In this document: piece by piece, positions 1-13,276 of the stretch | How the letters are laid out: the number at the start of each line of letters is the position of its first letter | Position numbering within the stretch: position 1 is the stretch's first letter | Assembly: GCF_023055435.1 (NCBI RefSeq) | Contig: NW_025963780.1 | Location: 4,030,001-4,094,000 of the forward strand | Reading direction: 5' to 3' | Origin: Haliotis rufescens | Lineage: Eukaryota | Length of the DNA stretch: 64,000 bases | Made by a program: the position numbers and the translations under genes | Notes under the pieces: generated by a model | Told to the model about the DNA's origin: nothing | What the model saw: the letters and a program-made list of their open reading frames with translations, nothing else | Database searches by the model: none

Positions 1-2085
1 TTCGAGTGTTATCGGTGTGGTTACAGACTTAACAATCGATGTTTTTAAAGAGTTGGAACTAACTTGAGGGATGGAAACTCAATGTGGTGTGTGTATTTAC
101 AATAAAAATGATATAATTATCAAAATAATTTTATTCCATTTGCCACTCTCAATCGAAAAATAATTAGGTTTAATGATGAATATAAAACAGAAAATATAGA
201 GTTGCCGGAATGATGAAGTTTCTTCTAAATGCGTGCGTTTGTCTGATAGCACCTAATAAGGTGGAGGGAAATGTTTGCGTTTCCAACGCACAGCATGACA
301 GACGCGTGTGTCTTCAACCAGGATATGGAATGACACGGCCCGAGCGGGCGCGAGGACGTGGGGCAATGTGGATGTCAAGGTCGGTGACAACACGGAGCCA
401 TGACATATGCTGTTAATAACATTACCGACGCCCGTGTCCTCTGATTTTGGGCAAAAGGCAAACCAGATTTCTGTAAGACGGAGTACGTTTGAGGCAGTCT
501 TCATAAATCTGCCGTACCGGTTTCTTGCGTGATGTTCCATTTCAAATTTTGTTTGTTTGTTGAATAACGCCGCACTCAGCAATATTCCAGCTATATGACG
601 GCGGTCTATCAATATTCGTGTCTGGTCCAGAAAACCAGAGACTGCCATCATGAGTATTGATCTACGCAATTGGAATACTATGACATGCATCAACCAAGTC
701 ATCACGCCGGACCACCCGATCCCGTTAATTGGTTCCTTTAACAAGGATGGATTGCTGAAGACCAATTCTTCAAGGGTGTTGATGCGTGAACATATAGTGT
801 AACAAAGCGGGATCATCCTCGATAATCAAGGGTATTATATACCCATTCTACCCATTAAATACCCTCGATTCATTCACCACCATAACTTCGTAACCTTATC
901 GATGATGAAGCTGCGTATGTCTGCTCATTTTCGTATCGTTTTCTATACTGTATTGATAACGTTATTGATGATATGGATGAACACGAACATAGAGTGAGTG
1001 AGTGAGTTGCATTCTGCGCCGCTTAAGCAGCATTCCAGCCAAATCACGCCAGGCCTAGAGACACCAAAATGGGCTTCACACATGCAAGGATCTTGACGTA
1101 ACAAGCTAATACAAGTGATCGCTTGACTACCCACCGCGCTTTAAAATCCTGAAAAAAACACAACAAAATTGTTTTGGTTAGCTCTTACAACTGACACCGG
1201 AAATTGGCTTCACACATTCTACCCAAGGGGGAATCGAACCCAAGTCTTTGGCGTGACTAGCGAACACTTTAACCACTAGGCTACCCCATCGCCCCTCAGC
1301 TAAAATGATGATTAGGTGGTTATAAGGTGTGATCTGGCTGAGTGTCATCATATACCCGACAGTGTGGTCATTGCTCATGCTATCAGCCACTTGTTTGTCG
1401 ACCCGTGAAGATCCGGGTAGAGGATAGGTCTTCAGAAACTCTTGTCGTTAGAGGCGACTGTGCGTGTCGTCAGAGGCGACCGACGGGATGGGGTGGTCAG
1501 GCTCGCTGACTTAGTTGATGATGTCATCGTATCCCAGTTGTGTAGATCGATGCTCATGATGTCAATCACTGGATTGTCTGGTCCCGACTCCATGATCTAC
1601 AGACCGCCGTCATATAGCTGGAATACTGCTGAGTGCGGCGTTGAACAGCAAACAAAATAAAAACTTGTCTTTTTAGACTCGAGTGTATGGGTTTTATTGA
1701 CCCAGATGTGGAACTAACCTATTTTTGTAAGGCCGACTCATAACCCCATCTAAACGGGTTAAAACAAATACCTGTTTTCACGAGGTTGTTGCCGTGATAC
1801 GCGTTTTGGCTTCAGCAATCGTAATAAAATAAAGTGCTGTTTAACATCCTCCCGAGATAAAAAGCGAATCGTGTTTGTGTAGTTGACAAGAACGACAAGA
1901 TCAACCTGTCTGGTGAACCTCCATTAAGTTTATTTTGGGACTGTCACCCCTCGCTGTTCTGCTGCGGGACAAAACCTGGCTATGCGACAAGTAGCTCTCC
2001 ACGTGCTTCTCCGCATGGAGGTGCAGGAGAGTAAATACTTACCCAGAGACAAGTACATTTACATATCAAGCCTTCCTCAGGACGC

Positions 2086-2357
2086 GGGGGCACGGGTGGC
2101 CCAGTCGTCTAAGGCACCGCGATTCGCTGTGCAGAGTTGCGTCCCTTGGGCACGCCAGACGCCTATGATTGTGGGTTCGAATCCCGGTTCGCCCAGATTA
2201 TGTTTCTAGGTTTGTCAGCACCATATCCGTGGGTTTCACCGAAGTGGTAAACGTCTTAGACCTGCATCACTTCGGGCTTTCCTCCAACATTAAGCTGACA
2301 CGCCGTGATATAACTGTATTACTGTTAAAAGCGGCGTTAAACCCAACTCACTCACTC
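2086..2357 (+). mobile_element. SINE family C (tRNA-Leu-like head, V-domain-like core, about 280 bp)
   Basis: A box tggcccagtcgtctaagg, B box gggttcgaatccc, core ..gtgggtttcacc...ttcgggctttcctcc(c)ac resembling the V-SINE domain, (CACT)n tail. Other copies at 7167-7404, 21242-21483, 45875-46095 and 46165-46437, with decayed copies near 5370-5565, 7410-7640, 9320-9560, 16940-17180, 35205-35420 and 36190-36360. Confidence 0.85.
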
Positions 2358-2370
2358 CTCATGACGCTGA

Positions 2371-2541
2371 GTGAGTGAGTGAGTGAGTATGGTTTTACGC
2401 CGCTTTTAGCAATATTCCAGCAATATCACGGCGGGGGACACCAGAAATGGGCTTCACACATTGTACCCATGTCGGGAATCGAACCCGGGTCTTCGGCGTG
2501 ACGAGCGAACGCTTTTAACCACTAGGCTACCCGACCGCCCC
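2371..2541 (-). mobile_element. SINE family A, full length, with TSD
   Basis: Reverse copy flanked by the direct repeat tcatgacgctga; lies tail-to-tail with a family C SINE. Confidence 0.9.
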
Positions 2542-3475
2542 TTCATGACGCTGAAGTTCCATGTTCCATGTTCTTCATTGTTTCACATCTAACGTGGAGA
2601 CATTTTTAGATGAACTCGAGTCCTACGTCAAAGATACGAGTGCTCGACTCGATTCACTTTCTAACGGGTGATGCTGACACGGAATAGCAACGGGACAGTG
2701 TCTGGACGCAGTTTGACTTAGATGGCTGTCTGTCATATTGTTTTGAAATCGAGTACTCGAGTCTGGACAAATCCCCTTTTTAATACTGCTACCCCACTGA
2801 GATGCCATGCCGCAGTTTTCACATGAATACCCCACTCAGACACAGAATACTGACTCCGAGCCGACCAGATTTTGTTTTATCCCCGTAAAGCCGAGCGGCT
2901 GGCAGGGAAACAACAAGTACCATCCTTTAACGTATTTTGGTTTGACACGGTCGGGGATCGAACCTCCGACCTTCCGCTCTTTTGACTGACGCTTTGTCCA
3001 CTAGACCTCGAAGGCGGTCCAATGGGGGTTGGTGTGGAATGGACGTAGGTTGGCCACGTGATTAAAGCGTTCGCCCATCACGTAAAACCGTTTTCACTTA
3101 CTTTTAATTGGGAGGTAGTTCGATAATTTGGAAGTATAAAATTTGTATCCAAAAGTATCATACAATTTTACCCTTTGTCTCGAAGTTTTAAAATAATCAA
3201 TTAATCTGCTGTCAGTATTTTCGGGTAAGCTTATCAACAAAACGCCTGGACGGATTCCTTAGACTCGAGGTCCGTTCGACAAGGCTTGTTGCCGGGGCGA
3301 AACTCAATGACGTTTAAAAATATCCATGAGACTTTAATTTATCCGTACTAGTTAGACAACCTTGAGGTGTACTTTTTATCCCCCCGTCTTCCCCGAAGTT
3401 ATAGTCGCAAACGCAAAACCATTTAATTAAATAAAATGAGAGAGATAACCCAGTCACCCAGCACCTCAAGCGCCG

Positions 3476-3738
3476 GTTTGTTTGTTGTTGAACGCCGCAC
3501 TCAGCAATTTTTCAGCTTTATGACGGCGGTCTGTAAATAATCGAGTCTGGACCAGACAATCCAGTGATTGACATCATGAGCATCGATCCACGCAATTGAG
3601 ATACGATGACATGGATCAACCAAGTCAGCTAGCCTGACCACCCGATCCCGTTAGTCGCCTCTTACGACAAGCAAAGTCGCCTTTTGCGGCAAGCATGGGT
3701 TGCTGAAGACCTCTTCTACCCAGGATCTTATCACGGGT
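3476..3738 (-). mobile_element. SINE-like family B with TSD
   Basis: Reverse copy flanked by the direct repeat caagcgccggt. Confidence 0.88.
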
Positions 3739-4724
3739 ATCCCAAGCGCCGGTACGCTGACACTGCTAAAATGTCACTAACGGATGACATTTAAAATGGC
3801 TTTAAGAGGGAGCGCCACTACTTGGATCAAATAGGAATACAATGGAATCCAATCGTTCCAGTTGAATCCGTCTCGTAGAAGCCTACTCCTTACAGCGCTC
3901 CGTTCCAAAGCACTACTAAAGTCGTAAGTCTATGTTAAAGTTACTCTGATACCACCCCTTAAGGTATGCAAAGACGACATTAACAGTAATCGTCTGTAGG
4001 CAGGGGTCCGGATTAAAGACGTTTCACAGTGGTCCGGGTCCTCAAAACGTCCCTTAGGAGCCAGCGACGGTCCCGTTCCACAAAGTGCTTTTAGCATTAC
4101 GATTGTCGAAAGTCCATGTTAAAGTATTGGAATTACGATCGTCTTTGCTCTACGATCGCTTTAAATGTTTAATCATCAGGCTGACATGTCAAAGATCTGT
4201 AGTTCGTCCTCATTGCGGTCATATCAACGCTGACTCAAGGACAAAGCAGACTGCCCAAGGCAACGATGTCAATATTTGGGACTGGTCATTAATTATATGA
4301 CAGTCATTGGGCAGCAGCGTTCCACATCAAATACATACCTTTACGCACTCCACTCTGAAATGACCTCCGCCCAGTCAACACTCCTCTTCACGGGTCTTAG
4401 TGTCGAGGTAATTATTTCTGCTTTGAATTAGAATTGTTCCTATAGTTTGTGATGGGTCAACATGGCTGTGTAAAACGGGTAATGTGATATAAATGACAGA
4501 GAAGTGTTCGTTAGTTTGTAGGCTTACCTTCGAACATGCGTCCAAGTTTGCCTACGGTACGGGGTTCGTTTACAACTCGAGAGCACAAAGACGTGTTTTG
4601 AGAGGAACTGCGCTCGGGCACATTTGCGAATGTTTGGAGTTTGGTTCAAGTCTTCACAGATTTCAGAACTCGTGAAACGAAGATTTCATTCGTTTGACCT
4701 TTTAACAAGTATGGCCTTTGAACC

Positions 4725-4950
4725 AATTTGGTATCATAACCAGTGTTGCTTTACAATCAGTTTGGCATTGCAACAAGCCTGGCATTATAACCAGTTCAGC
4801 ATTATAATCAGCCTGACATTATAACCAATTTAGTTTTTTAATCAATCTGGCATTATAACTAGTTCAGTTTTATTAACAGTGTGTCGTTATAACCAGTTTG
4901 GCAATTAAACTAGTTTTGCATTATAACCAGTTCAGCATTATGACCATTTG
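4725..4950. repeat. Degenerate about 16-bp tandem repeat (ggcattataaccagtt-like)
   Basis: Recurrent cattataaccag motif. Confidence 0.6.
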
Positions 4951-5098
4951 GGCCAACTGTTAATTCCACGGCAAAGTCGTTTGGGCAGCTAAAAGGTTGA
5001 TGTGATCGCTTGCCATGCCAGTATCGTGAGTAGACATGAGTTCCAGCTCCTAAATAGTATTCCTGTTTAAACATGGCGTGTCAGTTTAATGTGGAAGG

Positions 5099-5362
5099 GA
5101 CCTGTGAAGATCTGGGGTAGAATAGGTCTTCAGCAACCCGTGCTTGCCATAAAAGGCGACTATGTTTCTCGTAAGAGGCGAAAAACGGGATCGGGTGGTC
5201 AGGCTCGCTGACTTGGTTGATCCATGTCATCGATCCCAATTTCGTGGATCGATACTCATGATGTCAATCACTGGCTTGTCTGGTCCAGACTCGATTATTT
5301 ACAGACCGCCGTCATATAGCTGGAATATTGCTGAGTGTGGCGTTAAACAACAAACAAACAAA
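5099..5362 (+). mobile_element. SINE-like family B
   Basis: Full-length copy with (CAAA)n tail. Confidence 0.85.
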
Positions 5363-5893
5363 TAATGAGGAAGGAAAGCCCAAAGAGATACAGATTGTAT
5401 GTTGTAGTCGTTTACCGCTTTGGTTAAACCCACGAACTTGGGAGTGGTGCGGACACTCTGTGATTGTTATCAAGGCAAATCTGACACATTCGAACACGTG
5501 CTAAGCACATAAATCTAAGCACATATAAGGGACGTAACTCTGGACGGCGATATTCGACGCCCCATACCACAACTCAACCTCTGCTCCAGTCATGACAACC
5601 TACACATTGTTCAATTCATTTTTTTGACAATCTTCCCAGATTTCAATAAAAGGAAATATTTCCTGAAATAAGAGGGTTATTTTCCGGTTGCGTCGTTTCC
5701 CTGATACGGTTTACACTTGCGTAGCTTTGATTTATTTATAGATTAGTTTTAGCAAAAACAGGCAATATCGTGTATCTATCAATCCAGTGATTGACATCAT
5801 GAGCATTGATCAACGCAGTTGGGATACGGTGACATGCATCAACCAAGTCAGCGAGCCTGACCACCCGATCCCTTAAGTCGCCTCTAACGACAA

Positions 5894-6056
5894 GGGGCGT
5901 TCGGGTAGCCTAGTGGTTAAAGCGTTCGCTCGTCACGCCGAAGACCCGGGTTCGATTCCCGACATGGGTAGAAAGTGTGAAGCTTTTTCTGGTGTCCCCC
6001 GCCGTGATATTGCTGGAATATTGCTAAAAGCGGCGTAAAACCATACTCACTCACTA
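5894..6056 (+). mobile_element. SINE family A inserted inside a family B element
   Basis: Flanked by the direct repeat taacgacaag; family B sequence continues on both sides (about 5781-6131, -). Confidence 0.88.
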
Positions 6057-6839
6057 TAACGACAAGCATAGTCGCCTTTTACAGCAAGCATGGTTTGCCG
6101 AAGAACAATTCTAACCCGGATCTTCACGGGTTGATGATGTAATGAGCAGAGTGAAGCGGGTATTGTCATGATCAGTTTGAGTTGGTTCACAGATACACAT
6201 TCAGCCTAGTTTTGATAACGTTTGTAGTTATTTGGTCAAATCCAATTTTCAAGTGTACACTTTCACATATGCCCTGCAGTTTACTTTAGCCTTGATTCCG
6301 ACACTCAAACGTCATCTCGAGTTTCAACAAAATCATGCCATATGGGACATTTGTCGTCAGTTTCCTAAATGCCAGGGTTGTAGTGTTTGTAAAGCACGCT
6401 GTGTGTAAATATACCGGACATCTCAACACACTATCACAGACCACGTCCGATAATTGGAGAAGTTGTGCCCGTGTTACAAGTCAACCGACATCACTTGAAA
6501 ACTGAAGGATGTGACAGTGACTGATCGGCACAACGCGTGGGGTTGTACATTTCATTACGTAACACACAGGTACGTGTATTTGCCTCCGTGACTTGTCTTC
6601 ACAAACCGGTGAAGTGGGTCCGTGTTTGCTTTTGTATTGTGTACTCTGATAACTAAGTAGAGCAATATAATCTGTAAGGTATTGCATGTGACCGTTGCCA
6701 GACATTACCTTTATAATAATTCCCAGTTCAATATGTAACGAATATGCCAAGTAACGTGAATGGGTCGTTTTCGACGCAGAAAAAGTCCATCTATGTCACA
6801 GTGGCCTGTAAATAACCGAGTCTCAGCCAGACAAACCAG

Positions 6840-6946
6840 GGTCCCGTTCCTCAAAGCGATCTTAGCACTACGATGATCCTAAGCCTATGTTAAAGTATGG
6901 GACTTACAATCACCTTAGTGCTAAGATCGCTTTGAGGAACAGGGCC
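6840..6946. mobile_element. About 110-bp palindromic MITE (PIF/Harbinger-like)
   Basis: TIRs ggtcccgttcctcaaagcgatcttagcacta / tagtgctaagatcgctttgaggaacagggcc; this copy is flanked by CAG on both sides. Related copies at about 36916-37022, 49570-49677 and 53147-53254, with fragments near 3897 and 4069. Confidence 0.8.
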
Positions 6947-7756
6947 CAGGAGTTGACAGTAACAGGGGGGATCGACGCCGTCGGTGAACGAAGACATTTG
7001 ATCAATAATGTCACATATTGTGACCACCCGATCCCCTTCATTCTGCGTTGAACTATTCTATCCGGCAAACCAACGGGTCCTTACGACCGTATGTAGGTGG
7101 AGCGAAGTATTCCATTTGAATGATCATGTTATTCAGTATTATAGAGCACTATTTCCAAAATTTGAGCGCACGGGTGGCCCAGTCGTCCATGGCGCTATTC
7201 AGTACGCTGTGCAGAGTTGCGTCCCTTGGGCACGCCAGAATTTGTTCTCGGTGTCAGCACCATACCCGGGCTCGTGGGATTCACCAAAGTGGTAAACGCC
7301 TAAGACCTGATCACATATGGCTTTCCTCCCACGTCAAGCTGACACATCGTGATATAACTGGAATACTGTTAAGCGGCATTAAACCCAATTCACTCACTCA
7401 CTCGCCGTCAAACGCGGTGCAGAGCTGCATTCCTTACGCATATCAGAGACCCTTGTCGTGGGTTCGTATCCAAGATGCCCCTGACTGGTTCTAAGTCTGT
7501 CAGGACCGTATCGTCCTCGTACGTTTCACCAGAGTGGTAAGCGTCTAAGACCTGCTTCATTTCGGGATTTACGCCCACATCAAGCTGACACGCAAGGATA
7601 TAACAGAAACTCTTCAAATCGTTGTTAAACCAACTCACATATATACATGTGATAAGGGTCATATGATTTCCTTGTCCAACAATTGATTGCCAACAGACAG
7701 GAACTTGAAATTTTTACCAGCAGTTAATTCACATGCTCTGTCCAATTCGGTAGAAG

Positions 7757-8421
7757 GTTGTATTAATAATTTTACAATAATGGCAAACTGTTATTAATAA
7801 TTGTACAATAATGGCACACTGTTATTAATAATTTAAAATAATGGCACACTTTTTAATAATTTTACAATAATGGCACACTGTTATTCATAATTTTACAATA
7901 ATGGCACACTGTTATTAATAATTTTACAATAATGGCACACTTATTAATAATTTTACAATAATGGCACACTGATATTAATAATTTTACAATAATGGCACAC
8001 TTATTAATAATTTTACAATAATGGCACACTGTTATTCATAATTTTACAATAATGGCACACTGTTATTAATAATTTTACAAAAATGGCACACTTATTAATA
8101 ATTTTACAATAATGGCACACTGTTATTAATAATTTTACAATAATGGCACACTGTTATTAATAATTTTACAATAATGGCACACTTATTAATAATTTTACAA
8201 TAATGGCACACTTATTAATAATTTTACAATAATGGCACACTGTAATTAATAATTTTACAATAATGGCACACTTATTAATAATTTTACAATAATGGCACAC
8301 TGTTATTAATAGTTTTACAATAATGGCACACTTATTGATAATTTTACAATAATGGCACACTGTTATTAATAATTTTACAATAATGGCACACTTATTAATA
8401 ATTTTACAATAATGGCACACT
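7757..8421. repeat. AT-rich 29/31-bp minisatellite, about 22 copies
   Basis: Unit (tg)ttattaataattttacaataatggcacac. Confidence 0.95.
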
Positions 8422-10631
8422 ATATTCCGTAAGCCAAACTTCTTTTCTTTGACAAGCTTCTTCTATAAAGCATCTGGCGCATGCCTTGTCGTTTTGAAAT
8501 GTGATCATACAAAACTGCCTGGCAAAAGAAAGTATAAAGTTCAAAATCGGATTAGACCAAACTAATACAGACGTTATGAGAACTTGACTATGTTGAAAAC
8601 AGTCGCAGAGACACTGCAAACATCAGGTTCAAAACACAAGTATGATTCTCGCATCAAATACATCACAATCGAGTAAACATATGTTTTGTTTATGTCATTT
8701 TAGCCACCATCAAACATGCGTGTATACTTTCTGTCGCCCGGCGGTTTGCATGCATATTTATTTATTAATAAATGACACAACAATCGGTCAAACAAATATT
8801 TAGCTCGTGATGTGTTCGGTGGGACGTATCGGAATGTGGCCATACTTGTCTTCTAATTTCCATTCAAGTTGTATTTTTGCCTCATTTTGTATCACTGAGG
8901 TCATTCAGTTCTGTGACAACATTTCCATACTAAATAAATGCATATTCAGTTTAAAATATGACAAAAGTTCACAAGAAAAAGTTAAGGGATTTATTAAGTC
9001 TGGGCGTTGTGACAGATTTATGTCTGTCGTTATATAAATTTCAGGACAAACTTCCGTTTTAGTTTTAGTTTTAAAAGAAACGTTGACACGGACTAGATTA
9101 AAGATGAATTTGCTTTGTCAGTTATATCGTGAGTCGGGCAGACACGTGTTGAGGATTGGTTTTATCTGAAGACCTTTAAGATCCCTTCCTTCCTCCATGA
9201 GATGGCAGCACTGAGTATAGCATATATGGCATAACTCTTATTGTGCTGACCATGATGATAAATATCATGTCATTCTTCATCATGCGATGTCATGTCAATG
9301 TCTGGAACAGGGAAATTAAACAGTGGGTGGGGGAGGTGAGTATGGTAAACGCGGATGTCCGTTTCATGACGAGGTGTCTGCATGTCAGCAGCTCTATGTG
9401 AGATAAGAGCCCAAAGTGACGCAGCTTGTCGACGTTTATCGCTTTGATGAAACCCGCGAGCCCGGGTAAGGTGCTGATAAACCATGTGGCATAATTGAAA
9501 TCCTGGCACTAGTAAGGGACGCAACTCTGCAAGTTATCCATGGCGCTTTAGGGGATTTGGTCGTCTTTGCCATTTGCTCAGTGTAGAATGATACAAAGGT
9601 GTTCATGAGAGAACCCGTGAAGATCCGGGTTAGAGTTGGTCTTCAGCAACCAATTCTTGTAGTTATAGGCGATTACGCTTGTCGCAAGAGACGACTAACA
9701 GTTTCGGGTGGTCAGGCTCGCTCATTTGGTTGATGCATGTCATCGTATCCCAATTGCGTGGATAGATGTTCATGATCTCAATCACAGGATTGTCTGGTCC
9801 AGAGTCGATCATTTACAGACCGTGGAATATTCACTCAACACTATTCCAGCTATTTCACGACGGCTAGTTCAAATTCGAGTCTGAACCACATCAACCACGG
9901 GGAGTGAGTGAGTATGGTTTTACACCGCTTTTAGCAATACTCCAGCAATATCACGGCGGGGGACACCAGAAATGGGCTTCACACATTGTACCCATGTCGG
10001 GAAATCGAACCCGGATCTTCGGCGTGACGGGCGAACGCTTTAACCACTAGGCTACCCGACCGTCCCCACAAACCACGGATTGATAGTACGAGTAACTTGA
10101 CATGCAATCAACTAAGTCACCGACCCTGATCATTCGATCCATCTAGTCGCCTCTGCGACCAGCATATGTTGCTTGGGACCTATTCTAAATATTCTGCCCT
10201 TTCCTGGTGTCCACAGAAAAACTCACTCACTCACTCACATACTCACGCACTCACTCACTCTGAATAACCTGTACAATACTCGGTACCCGGTAGTACAGAT
10301 CAGTTATATTGCACAAGTTCCCCGTGCCACGTTGTTATTACAATATTCGTGATGATATAAATGTAATATGCTTGTTTCATCCAGTGCATATATTAGCATA
10401 TATGCCGGAAATATATTCATGTACACATTTTACGTGTATATTCCTACAGATAATTGGATAGCCATTTCCACTGCATGGTGGTCTAATGCAGTGTTTAATT
10501 CGTGATCAGGCTTCAATTAAATCAATTTGTCGTTGCTTCTTCTAGCCCTGGCGAATCCAGATAAGGGGGCGGGGAGCACCACACACCTACATCTTATATG
10601 CGCCCCCGGCCAAATCGCTTGTATTTTGGGT

Positions 10632-10892
10632 GACCCGTGAAGATCCGGGGTAGAATAGGTCTTCAGCAACCCATGCTTGCTGTAACAGGCGAATATACTT
10701 GTCATAAGAGGCGACCAACGGGATCGGGTGGTGAGGCTCGCTGATTTGGTTGATGCATGTCATCGATCCCAATTGAGTGGATTGATGGTCATGTTGTCAA
10801 TCACTGGGTTGTCTTGTCCAGACTCGATTATTTACAAACCTGCATATAGCTGGAATATTGATGAGTGCGGCGTTAAACAACAAACAAACAAA
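10632..10892 (+). mobile_element. SINE-like family B
   Basis: Full-length copy starting gacccgtgaagatccggggtag. Confidence 0.85.
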
Positions 10893-11372
10893 CGTAACTT
10901 GGGTGTAATGTGCGAACCTCTTTTTCCAAATTTTGGATGACTTAGATCAAATGAAAGTCAAATAGGTTTGCGAAATGCTATCATGCTTGTTTTAGCAGAT
11001 ACGTATAAGGAAACATTCATTCGGGTTCATCATAAGGTCATACTTCACATTTATAATCAGTTGGTCCCATGTCCAGATATCCTGTTTCGTAATAGGGTGA
11101 ACACGATTTCTTCAAATGTCTCGTGTTCCATAACAGAGTGGGCAACAGCACGATATCTGGAGAAACAGGATGAAGCGCGTGCTGTTGTAGTGAGATATCA
11201 AGAATTCAAAAACATCCATAGCGCAACAGCGCTGGTCGTATATGTCCATCCATAGAGTCGTACATATATTTATATATTTTTTTTACAATTGTAGTTTATA
11301 ATTTTATTTTCAAATACAGACATTGAATAGCAGGAGTATTACTAAATAACACATATGAAACATGGAGAATGT

Positions 11373-11580
11373 TATCTGGTATCTAGGAATAATAACATAA
11401 ATAATGCTCGAGTTGCTGGTCGACTATTATGCGTATATATCTGGTATCTAGGAATAGTAACATAAATAATGCAAGAGTTGCTGGTCGACTATTATGCGTA
11501 TATATCTGGTATCTAGGAATAGTAACATAAATAATGCTCGAGTTGCTGGTCGACTATTATGCGTATGTATGTGGTATCTA
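11373..11580. repeat. 65-bp tandem repeat, about 3 copies
   Basis: atctaggaat recurs at 11381, 11446 and 11511. Confidence 0.9.
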
Positions 11581-11836
11581 TGGAGTTAAATGTATGCATT
11601 GTTGACGCAAATCATGCAAAGGTTGACGTAAGTTGTAGTACAAGATTAAGTTAGTGCTAGTAGTTTATCTATTCCTCTCCGCCACTATCGGCTCTATTCT
11701 TGGCGAGGCAAACCGATGACTGAAAGCATGAGCATGCAGGGTACAATCGGGCCAATCACTCAACTCACCTTACCTCGCCAACTCATCCATTTAATAATTA
11801 TTCGCCTCTTACGACCAGAAATAGAGCGCCTCGGTT

Positions 11837-11855
11837 ATAGTGGTAGTGGTAGTTT

Positions 11856-11894
<39 letters not shown>

Positions 11895-11973
11895 CAGTAG
11901 TAGGTGTTGTTGTAGTAGTAGCAGAATTATAGTTATAGTAGTAGCAACAGCAGCAGTAGTAGCAACAGCAGTT

Positions 11974-12006
<33 letters not shown>

Positions 12007-12170
12007 TGGTGGTAGTAGTAATTGTAGTGGTAATAGCAGCTGCAGTAGAAGTAGCAGCAGTAGTAGTTACATGAGATGTAGTACATCGACATCAGTGCAT
12101 ATATAGTGCAGCAGAGTAACAGTAGCAGTAGATACCACACGTCCATGCAGTTGTAGTGGTAGTAGTCGTT
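11837..12170. repeat. Compound (TAG)n/(CAG)n microsatellite
   Basis: Runs of agt/agc triplets. Confidence 0.9.
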
Positions 12171-13030
12171 GCAATGACGACGAAGTAGGATGTACCAACG
12201 TAGGTAGAAGGAGAAGCAACCTTAACGCACTCCTCGTGAAACGCCAACCTCATAACTAGTTCCATTTTATACTGCTTTATACACTGACACACAATGAACG
12301 TAGTTCTTTTCCTTGCCTATTTTCTCTTCTATTGTGTGTACCGAAAGAACAAGGTATTACTGTTAGTTTGTCAAAAGCATCCTCATTCCAGGTAAATGAC
12401 GTGAAAGCCTGACATGTCTGTGTAGCCGGAATACACCATTAAATACCATCATGCTCACGGCTGAAGCATGCGGCTTTCATTATGCCAATAATCTCCTTCC
12501 ACTGTTCGTAAAGGGCCTGTCTGTCACGCTTCAGTATACTATATCTCGGAGACACAATTAAATGTAATTATAGATGATAACATCTGTCAGAATTGAACAA
12601 GGTACGTATGGTCGGACTTCGTGGTTTATGGGTGCGGAACATTGCGGTCTATTGCATTACTAAAAAGGTGACAGCTTGGCTTCTGTGGTAGTGATTTATG
12701 AGTATGAGTTATGGCTTGGTTGCGCTGAATTTGGGGGTTAATGTGTTAATATTGATTGTTACAATATGGTGAGAAATAACATGGGGTGATCAATAGGTGT
12801 GATGGTGTCTCCATGAGTTAGTGAGTGAGTGAGTGAATATAGTCTTACGCCGCTTTTAGCAATATTCCAGCAATATCACGGCGGGGGACACCAATAATGG
12901 GTTTCACACATTTTACCCATAGGGGGGAATCGAACAGTGGCTTTCATCGTGACGAGCGAACGCTTTAACCACTAGGCTACCCCATAGGTCTGATGGGCTA
13001 TCAGTAATGGTTTTAAGGTTAGAGAACACA

Positions 13031-13276
13031 TCCGCGATTATCAAGTGTATTATAACTCCGTTCCATTACGAGTGAGTATGTTTTTACGCCGTGTTTAGTA
13101 ATATACCAACAATACCAACGGTGGGGACACCAGAAATGAGGTTTACACATTGTATCCATGTGGGGAATCGAACCCGGATCTTCCTGGTTAACTACTAGGC
13201 TGCCCCACCTCCCCTCTATTACGATAAATACCTATCGTAATAGAATGGAGATATATTACACTGGATAATCGAGGGT
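13031..13276. mobile_element. Palindromic MITE-like element interrupted by a family A SINE
   Basis: Left arm cgattatcaagtgtattataactccgttccattacg is mirrored by cgtaatagaatggagatatattacactggataatcg. A related fragment lies at about 817-870. Confidence 0.6.

Noticed and set aside
253-816. 187-aa ORF and the many similar short ORFs containing ITGLSGPDSIIYRPPSYSWNIAECGV or LDCLVQTRLFTDRRHIAGILLS
   Set aside because: Chance translations of family B repeat copies.
11050-11260. Unique, moderately GC-rich stretch with a minus-strand acceptor-like site (ttctccag) and short open frames
   Set aside because: No recognisable protein similarity or partner exons; cannot be supported without transcript data.
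11716-12292. Poly-Ser, poly-Val, poly-Thr and poly-Leu ORFs
   Set aside because: Trinucleotide microsatellite.
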